Below, piece by piece: positions 56,905 through 64,000 of a stretch of 64,000 nucleotides of DNA. The position numbers and the translations under genes were made by a program. The stretch is from the IMG/VR virus record IMGVR_UViG_3300005253_000166; one strand, written 5' to 3'. This DNA comes from a virus. How positions within the stretch are numbered: the stretch's first letter is position 1; every line of letters starts with the position of its first letter. Under the pieces are notes generated by a model that was not told the origin of the DNA, ran no database searches, and was given only the letters and a program-made list of their open reading frames with translations.

Positions 56905-57775
56905 ACGAATCATAATAAGCTCATTGATAGCTGTACCGTTAATAATAATATTGTTGATTATATTAAGTGCACCAAAAGGCACTTCAAAATCACCCGTTTA
57001 TAATATCATTGAAAATTGTTCAGAAGAACCAAAAATGTGTGAAGAAGACCAAGACCATTTTATACTCGGTCAATTTGGAGACCAAGCAGTACACGTCAAG
57101 GTAGTTGGTACTATCTATCGTAACGTTGGCAATGTGACAATTTATGCTAGTTGTTATGATGACTTAGGGCACGGTTTAGAGTCAAATGCTTCCTTAGTTA
57201 TATATGATAAAGATAATGCAACATATTTGAATTGGACTAATATGAGTACGTTTAGTGGGTACAATCATAAGTATATTGGTGCTGTTCCTAACGAAACTGG
57301 TAACTACTTTGTCGTTGTCAACTGTACATCAGGAAGTGATTGGGGTTTAGGTTACTCTGAATTCCAGGTACCTGATTGGTTGCAAACTCTTTTAAATACT
57401 TCAAATCAATCTGAAGAAAACGTCGAGACCTTAATCAACATCACTAATACTACCCAGGATTGGGTTGGTAAAATGATGGAGTATTGGGGGATATTAACAT
57501 ACACATGTTTAGATATCGAAAATGATGCTCCTACAACCGCAGACAGAGGTGGTACTTGGGGGATACGTTCACTAGTTACTGACGAATATGGTACAACTCA
57601 AACTGGTTCCGATGTCGCTTGTAATATCTCAACCTCTTTTTGGGGAGAAGATATAATGACTTACTCAGTAATAACTGAGAAGTTTACATACTATAACTAC
57701 TTAAACAGTAGTGGAATATTAGCATACAACGTAACTTGTGAGGAGATTGGTGAAAATGCTCAAAACATTTGCTAA
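56885..57775 (+). CDS. N-terminally membrane-anchored structural protein
   Basis: TM 'IISSLIAVPLIIILLIILS'. Confidence 0.45.
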   Translation: MFMLEHKRIIISSLIAVPLIIILLIILSAPKGTSKSPVYNIIENCSEEPKMCEEDQDHFILGQFGDQAVHVKVVGTIYRNVGNVTIYASCYDDLGHGLESNASLVIYDKDNATYLNWTNMSTFSGYNHKYIGAVPNETGNYFVVVNCTSGSDWGLGYSEFQVPDWLQTLLNTSNQSEENVETLINITNTTQDWVGKMMEYWGILTYTCLDIENDAPTTADRGGTWGIRSLVTDEYGTTQTGSDVACNISTSFWGEDIMTYSVITEKFTYYNYLNSSGILAYNVTCEEIGENAQNIC

Positions 57776-57829
57776 GGATAATACACAAAATCATTTCCCT
57801 TTTCTGCATAGCAGGGCTGGTAAATTAAA

Positions 57830-58972
57830 ATGAAAATCAAACACTATGTAAAGATTGCTGCACCAATCGTTGGTCCAGTTCTCTTCGTCGTATTATTAAC
57901 TATTTTATCAGTATTTATTATATTATCTCCTGTTTACGCTGCATCCTCCTCTGGTAACACTACAGTATATGATTACGATACGAATGCATCTTTGACTGCT
58001 GGTGCTTTGGTCAATTACAATTGCAATGCTTCTGGTTTAAATGCTGCATTAACTATTGATGTTGACCCTTATGTCGGTACAGATGAATTAGAACTTATAA
58101 AGGCTTATTACAGAGCGAGTAATGGGTCGGCAATCGAAGAAAATCTAACTGATTATGATTTCGAGAATCGAACTCGTGTTGTCCTTGACCTCAACTCAAC
58201 ACACTCCTATAATCTTACATATGTAGCTTCAGATAGTTCTTGGCAAGGTCGTATATCTTCTAACGAATCAGAAGACACTACTTTGATATTTAAAGCAAAT
58301 TCAAAATCATACGTATGTCTCAATGCAACTACTACAATTAAGTTTAGGCCAGCATTTTATCTTACTCTCCGTTTCTATAAAGGAAGTAATATGACAACAG
58401 ATGTATCAACTAGTTCATACAAAAACGAATTCCAATACGTCTATATGCGCTTTGTGAATGCATCATTATCGTATACTGATTCAACAATATTTAGAGATAT
58501 GTCATATCTCGATAGGATGTTTGGCTGGATGCCATTCTATAAACCTACATTTTCTTCAACATCAGATGATGCTTTAACTTTCTGGGCACATTACAATAAT
58601 GGTGAAGCTCGAATCAAACTTTACGAAGCACCACAAAATTATAGTATCCATTTGCAAACAGATGACACATATGGGTTAACGTGGACAGACGAGTTTACAA
58701 GGCCACAACTTCAAGATTCTTCCTGGAAATCGAAGCCTATCCCTAAATTGAGAATTGCGGAAGCTGAAGACAAGACTTTAAGTGTCTATCTTTCAAGGTG
58801 GGAAGTACATAAATTTCTCTTCCTAATGAATATTGGGTACTGGCTACTTATAATTATAGGATGGGTCGTAATCATGATGGTAGCAGGGTCCCATTTAAGC
58901 TGGAAAGCTATGGTCGGTGTAAGTATAGGTTACCTAGCATTAATGCGAGCAATAGGCCTCGCAATATTCTAA
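57830..58972 (+). CDS. membrane protein with N- and C-terminal TM anchors and large ectodomain
   Basis: N-term TM, C-term three hydrophobic helices. Confidence 0.45.
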   Translation: MKIKHYVKIAAPIVGPVLFVVLLTILSVFIILSPVYAASSSGNTTVYDYDTNASLTAGALVNYNCNASGLNAALTIDVDPYVGTDELELIKAYYRASNGSAIEENLTDYDFENRTRVVLDLNSTHSYNLTYVASDSSWQGRISSNESEDTTLIFKANSKSYVCLNATTTIKFRPAFYLTLRFYKGSNMTTDVSTSSYKNEFQYVYMRFVNASLSYTDSTIFRDMSYLDRMFGWMPFYKPTFSSTSDDALTFWAHYNNGEARIKLYEAPQNYSIHLQTDDTYGLTWTDEFTRPQLQDSSWKSKPIPKLRIAEAEDKTLSVYLSRWEVHKFLFLMNIGYWLLIIIGWVVIMMVAGSHLSWKAMVGVSIGYLALMRAIGLAIF

Positions 58973-58990
58973 CAGATGTAAAAACAAAAA

Positions 58991-61900
58991 ATGAAACTCA
59001 CAATCCAGAAATTATTTATATGTATTTTATTATCAATATTGTTATTGCTTAATTTTGTTAGTGCTAGTACTATCAATGCTACTGATACTTTTGATAGAAC
59101 GAACAGTAATACATTAGGAACTTCTAGCGATGGTAATATTAGTTATACTGAAGCAGGAGGTTTTGATGATATTATGAGGATAAGTAGTAATCTGCTTACG
59201 GGTGTTCAGGCTCATAGTGGTGAAGGAGAATGTGCAAGATTAGATTATCAGGAAACACCAAATTATTTTAATGTAAGTGGAGGAGGACTTAATGTAACTA
59301 TTACCATAATTGCACCCGAAGGATATTACTTTCAATGGAAATTTGCAAATAAAAGTGTTGCGTGTTCAGATGTTGGTGCTATGGCAGGGGCTAGTGGGGT
59401 TATTGTTAGTTTTGGTACCAATTTTGCAGCTCCTCATCTCTATTATTTTAATGATACAACTACTAGCGGTTCTATAGAAACGGATGCTGGTGGAATAGGA
59501 GAGTATTCTGTAGTAATTAATGAAACTCATATTATAGCCTATGTAGATGGAGCATTAAACTGGTCGAATGAACACACAGGTAAATTTGATTCGGATTTTT
59601 CACAAGGATTATATATTTATGGTGCTATGGCATCATTTGATAATCAAGACCCTATGAAAATTGATAATTTATCAATTCGTAATTATCCTGCCGCGCCAAA
59701 TTCTGCTCCTAATGTTCCGACAATAACAAGTCCTTATAATAATGAGATAAACAATACAAGAAAAATAGAGTTTAATTCGTCAGATACAGAGGGAGATGCT
59801 GTAAGTTATACTATTTATATCAATGGAACTTTTAACATATCAACAACTACCAATGTGACTGTATGGAACGGTTCAGACGGAGTTTATAGTTTGACAATGA
59901 CGGCAAACGATAGCACAGGTGTAAGTGCCAATTCATCAGCAATTATTTTTACTTTAGATACGACAACACCATCATGGTCTGGGAATCAAACAAATGCGAC
60001 CTTAATGAAAATAAATGGAGATGCTCAATTTAACATCACTGTAACAGATAGTGGTTCTAGTCTATCATATTATATATTTAGTTGGAATGGTACTGGAGTA
60101 TGGAGTAATGCTACTAACGGGACGATAAGTAGTGATTCTGTCAAATTAATAATAAACAAATCAACTAACTTGTCTCAAGGGAATACTGTTGGATATAGAT
60201 GGTATGCTAATGATAGCTTGAATCAATGGAATAATAGTATGTTGAGAACATTTGTCGTAGCAAACTCAGTACCATCAGTACCAACAGTAACTAGTCCTTA
60301 TAATGGAGAGATAAATAATACAAGAAAAATAGAATTTAATTCATCAGACGTAGATGGAGGTACTATAACTTACAATATATATATTAACGGTACACTAAAT
60401 ATTACAACGACTACGAACGTCACGGATTGGAATGCTTCAGATGGTGTGTATAATTTGACAATAACAGCATACGACCAGATAAATTCTAGTTCTAATTCAA
60501 GTGTAATTGTATTTACGTTAGATGCAACACCACCTGGAATTGCTAATATTACTGTTGCGGGATTAAACAGGAGTGGTGATACGTTTTACGTCAATATAAC
60601 AGCTAGGGATAACTTAACAGGTATAAACTGGACAATTTCTCAGAATCAAACGGGGACATGGCAAAATACAACATGGAGTGCAACGTGGACAGCAGCTGGT
60701 GATTGGTTTATCGCTGTCTACTCTGCGACTATAACTGCAACAAAGAATACAGTATTTAGTATCATTGGTTATGTGAAGGATGAAGCTAACAACATTGCTC
60801 AATCCGTAACAACTTCTCTAACAGTCGGGAATGCATTGCCTACCATAACTAATTTTACGTTTCCGACAGCAACTCCAGACCGTACAAATATCAACATTAC
60901 AATTAATTGGTCGAATTCATCAGATGCAGATGGTGACACAGTCTACTATCGTCTCTGGGTTGGTGATGCTAGTCCGCCTACATGGCTTTATTACAACAAT
61001 ACTGATTCCAATTTCACGACAAATCTAAGCGATGGTACATATTACTTTTCTGTCGATGTATTTGATGGGACAGATTACAATAGTAACACTTCGATATACA
61101 GACTTGACGTAGATACTACGTCGCCAATACTTTACCAAAACTTTACAGACCCTTTCAATACTTCGTTGACATATTTCCTAATTAACTACACAGTGACTGA
61201 TGAAGGTGATTTATGGTCAGTCAACTCAACTGTCATTAACAGTTCAGGTGCTGTTATTTGTTCGAATGGAACAATCAATTTATCAGTAAACAGTTATAAC
61301 TACGTCTATAATTGCTCACTACCAAAAGTAGACAACGAAACATTCAATGGAACAGTTATAGCATACGATGCTCATACAAGTCTCAATTTTAAAATTTCAC
61401 CTAGTAAAATCAACGTTGATGAAAATTCAAGGAAGTTTGATTTTGATGGTGTTACAGTTCAGATGACAAGTACTATTGGTACAATAGAAGAGATGGCGTA
61501 TCAGGAATTAGGCGACCGTTATTCATTTAGTTATACAATGGTAGGTATGCCTGCGTTATCGAAGAATGGAACTTATCATTATATTTTTAAGTTACCGGCA
61601 AATGCCTTTTACCTTGCGACCTCTCAATATCAAGGCCACTTTATTATTCCAAGTAAAAAAATGGGAATCGATTTCGAAGGTCCAAAAGGTACCTTTGTTA
61701 TCAATAAGACAGTGGTTCATTTTTACACAACCGAAACTAATCTTACTTTCAATTCTATATTCAGTCTAAACAATGTAACTGATACATTCCAATTAACAGT
61801 AGACAATATAGCACCTCGTATTTCATATTCAAGTCCAACACCGGATAATGGCTCGGTAAAGGTTGGAAACTTAATAACAATTAACGTCTCATTTACAGAA

Positions 61901-63334
61901 GCACATTTAGATACTTGCACATTAGAATGGAATGGTGTTAATGAATCAATGACTATAAACAGTACAGATTCATATTGCAATATAACCAAAGCGACAATAG
62001 ATGGAACAGGATATATCTACAGAGTATATGCAAACGACACATACGGAAATATAAACATGACTAGTATAAGAAACGTCACTGAAAACTCATTGCCGACGGC
62101 TACATTATTAAATTTCACACCTTATCCAGTCTATACTAATGCAAGCGTTAACATCACCTACACATTCACAGATGCGGAGAACCAGACAAACGATGCTTCA
62201 ACATTTAAATGGTTTAACAATAGTGTAGTAATTAGTGGTGTAACAGGTAATCAATTGGGTAAGGATAATATTTCAGGGGATATTAATATCACTGCCGAAG
62301 TTACACCCAACGATGGTTATGAAAACGGAGTATCAGTCAACTTTAGCATTATAACCCTAAGTACTATACCTAACATTACATACATTAACTTGACACCATA
62401 TCCTGCTTACAATAATGCAACCATTGTACCAAACATTACTACTCACGATAATGATGGTGATGTAGTATCAATCTATTATAACTGGTACATTAATGGGTCA
62501 TGGCTTAATCTTAGCAATACGACCACAATTAACTTATCAGCTGATTACTTTAATAGAACACATAACGTGACACTTAGGGCAACTCCATTCGATGTTGGTG
62601 GTAGTGGAGTCGAACGTGAAGCATCAATAACAATCTTAAATATTCCCCTAATAATAACTATGATGTCGCCAACAAGCGGTACGTTTACGACTTGGATACC
62701 TTTCCAATGCGAGGCATACGATGATGACGTTCCAAAGGATACCCTATTATACACAATTAGTGTCTACTACAACAACGGCTCACTAACAGGATGGTATAAC
62801 ATTACTAACCAGTCTATTTCAGGGACAGGTTTGTTATATGTCTATAATGTGACACAACAAACAAATATTTCCTGGAAGTGTACTGTAACTGATGGTATAG
62901 ATACTGTTTCAGCTACTATTGGAAATTTAGGGATTGGAAAAGAACCATTTGTATATATAGGAAGTCCGGTAGCCGACTATTACATAGAAAATCAACCAAT
63001 CAATTTAGTAGTATCTTGTTATTTACCAACAACATATAATTACGGCATAGCGTATTCATGGGTTGATTGTAATAACGACGGTTACTGGGACAAAGCGGTT
63101 GATTATACAAACTCATCAATCAATGTACACTCAGTGTCGGATACTATACAGTGCATAAGGTTGAATGCCGGAGAGAGCACTATAATGGGAGGTTGTGTTT
63201 TCGAAAAAGAGACATCAAAAATATGGAAAGACCCATTCTGCTCTAAAATCTCCCATACTAAAAATTTTTGTTCTGTGTCAGCACAATATAAGGTGAATGT
63301 TCATGAAGACCCAAACAAAGCTATTTTCAGGTAA
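58991..63334 (+). CDS. giant secreted protein (1447 aa) with tandem Ig/FN3-like ~90-aa repeats
   Basis: signal peptide; near-identical repeats 'PNVPTITSPYNNEINNTRKIEFNSSDTEGDAVSYTIYINGTFNISTTTNVTVWNGSDGVYSLTMTA' vs 'PSVPTVTSPYNGEINNTRKIEFNSSDVDGGTITYNIYINGTLNITTTTNVTDWNASDGVYNLTITA'. Confidence 0.6.
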   Translation: MKLTIQKLFICILLSILLLLNFVSASTINATDTFDRTNSNTLGTSSDGNISYTEAGGFDDIMRISSNLLTGVQAHSGEGECARLDYQETPNYFNVSGGGLNVTITIIAPEGYYFQWKFANKSVACSDVGAMAGASGVIVSFGTNFAAPHLYYFNDTTTSGSIETDAGGIGEYSVVINETHIIAYVDGALNWSNEHTGKFDSDFSQGLYIYGAMASFDNQDPMKIDNLSIRNYPAAPNSAPNVPTITSPYNNEINNTRKIEFNSSDTEGDAVSYTIYINGTFNISTTTNVTVWNGSDGVYSLTMTANDSTGVSANSSAIIFTLDTTTPSWSGNQTNATLMKINGDAQFNITVTDSGSSLSYYIFSWNGTGVWSNATNGTISSDSVKLIINKSTNLSQGNTVGYRWYANDSLNQWNNSMLRTFVVANSVPSVPTVTSPYNGEINNTRKIEFNSSDVDGGTITYNIYINGTLNITTTTNVTDWNASDGVYNLTITAYDQINSSSNSSVIVFTLDATPPGIANITVAGLNRSGDTFYVNITARDNLTGINWTISQNQTGTWQNTTWSATWTAAGDWFIAVYSATITATKNTVFSIIGYVKDEANNIAQSVTTSLTVGNALPTITNFTFPTATPDRTNINITINWSNSSDADGDTVYYRLWVGDASPPTWLYYNNTDSNFTTNLSDGTYYFSVDVFDGTDYNSNTSIYRLDVDTTSPILYQNFTDPFNTSLTYFLINYTVTDEGDLWSVNSTVINSSGAVICSNGTINLSVNSYNYVYNCSLPKVDNETFNGTVIAYDAHTSLNFKISPSKINVDENSRKFDFDGVTVQMTSTIGTIEEMAYQELGDRYSFSYTMVGMPALSKNGTYHYIFKLPANAFYLATSQYQGHFIIPSKKMGIDFEGPKGTFVINKTVVHFYTTETNLTFNSIFSLNNVTDTFQLTVDNIAPRISYSSPTPDNGSVKVGNLITINVSFTEAHLDTCTLEWNGVNESMTINSTDSYCNITKATIDGTGYIYRVYANDTYGNINMTSIRNVTENSLPTATLLNFTPYPVYTNASVNITYTFTDAENQTNDASTFKWFNNSVVISGVTGNQLGKDNISGDINITAEVTPNDGYENGVSVNFSIITLSTIPNITYINLTPYPAYNNATIVPNITTHDNDGDVVSIYYNWYINGSWLNLSNTTTINLSADYFNRTHNVTLRATPFDVGGSGVEREASITILNIPLIITMMSPTSGTFTTWIPFQCEAYDDDVPKDTLLYTISVYYNNGSLTGWYNITNQSISGTGLLYVYNVTQQTNISWKCTVTDGIDTVSATIGNLGIGKEPFVYIGSPVADYYIENQPINLVVSCYLPTTYNYGIAYSWVDCNNDGYWDKAVDYTNSSINVHSVSDTIQCIRLNAGESTIMGGCVFEKETSKIWKDPFCSKISHTKNFCSVSAQYKVNVHEDPNKAIFR

Positions 63335-63881
63335 TATTATATTATTGGTGATAGTAACCTTACTTAGTGTATACACTATAGCAGTACCAGATGGTATACA
63401 GGTTACAGACCCAAACAGTTGCGATTCGGGGCACGCTAGATTTGTTCCCTATACTAACAATTCAGGTGGCGAGTTGTATTGTGTAAACGCTAATTCAGCT
63501 TTTCAGTGGGCACATCCTTTTAATACAATGCAAAATTCATCTCATATAATTGCCGCCGAACCAATGTCTGAGGGTGCAATCGAAGTGCAAATGGATTTAG
63601 CTGAATCATCTACAATATGGACGAAGGCAGATGAATTGTATTGGCAATATAAATTCGATGGGTTCGACGAAGAGGGTATCTTGGGCATCAAAGATTATAA
63701 CAAGTTGGTTTGGAGTTACATATGGGCATTTTTTGTTTTGACTTTAGAAGTAGTAAAACTGATATTTTATTTAGTTGAAATTTTATTCGTCATTTATGTA
63801 ATGTTTACATTGATTCCCGAAACATTCTTCAAACTACGAGATGCTATTGTAAAATCATACATAAGGAGATACGCTACCTAG
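63297..63881 (+). CDS. membrane-anchored protein (N- and C-terminal TM)
   Basis: overlaps end of upstream gene; hydrophobic termini. Confidence 0.4.
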   Translation: MFMKTQTKLFSGNIILLVIVTLLSVYTIAVPDGIQVTDPNSCDSGHARFVPYTNNSGGELYCVNANSAFQWAHPFNTMQNSSHIIAAEPMSEGAIEVQMDLAESSTIWTKADELYWQYKFDGFDEEGILGIKDYNKLVWSYIWAFFVLTLEVVKLIFYLVEILFVIYVMFTLIPETFFKLRDAIVKSYIRRYAT

Positions 63882-64000
63882 GTGATATAAAATGTCAAAC
63901 ATAAATATATGTAACATGAAACTTCCAGCTATAATAATGCTAGCATTGCTTTTAATGCCTGCTACTCTAGCAATTACAAAAAACGACCACTTTATGGTCG

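Overview
The window reads as a 64-kb, AT-rich, almost entirely plus-strand-coded segment of a virus- or plasmid-like replicon. It is probably an archaeal virus, but a bacterial phage cannot be excluded from sequence alone.

Why viral: only one real minus-strand gene exists (18241-19314, an MCM-like helicase). Genes are tightly packed with many ATGA stop/start overlaps and GGAGG-type Shine-Dalgarno sites. No ribosomal or other housekeeping genes are present.

Why archaeal is favoured: repeated upstream elements carry TTTAAATA / TTTATAAA TATA-box-like cores. The replication set is MCM-like helicase, archaeo-eukaryotic primase and family-B polymerase. Huge Asn/Thr/Ser-rich LamG proteins carry C-terminal transmembrane anchors.

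Modules, in order:
- 0-18 kb: many small Cys-rich and membrane proteins. These include a paralogous zinc-ribbon module in five copies, an HNH protein, a formyltransferase and two CxxCxxCC paralogs.
- 18.2-19.6 kb: MCM-like helicase next to a palindrome-rich, origin-like divergent intergenic region.
- 21.5-30.8 kb: a complete preQ0 / 7-deazaguanine DNA-modification cluster (queD, queE, queC, folE, dpdA-like). It also encodes a phosphoribosyltransferase, an HD hydrolase, a GNAT and an Hjc-like nuclease. QueE and FolE each carry an N-terminal LAGLIDADG homing-endonuclease domain.
- 31-43 kb: SPFH membrane module, proofreading family-B DNA polymerase (33330-35735), primase and a P-loop packaging-type ATPase.
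- 44-64 kb: giant secreted structural or surface proteins with LamG repeats and Ig/FN3-like tandem repeats. A canonical tRNA-Met(CAU) lies at 48843-48916.

Repeat architecture worth following up: perfect 54-bp inverted repeats, perfect 45-bp direct repeats, and three families of conserved promoter-like elements.
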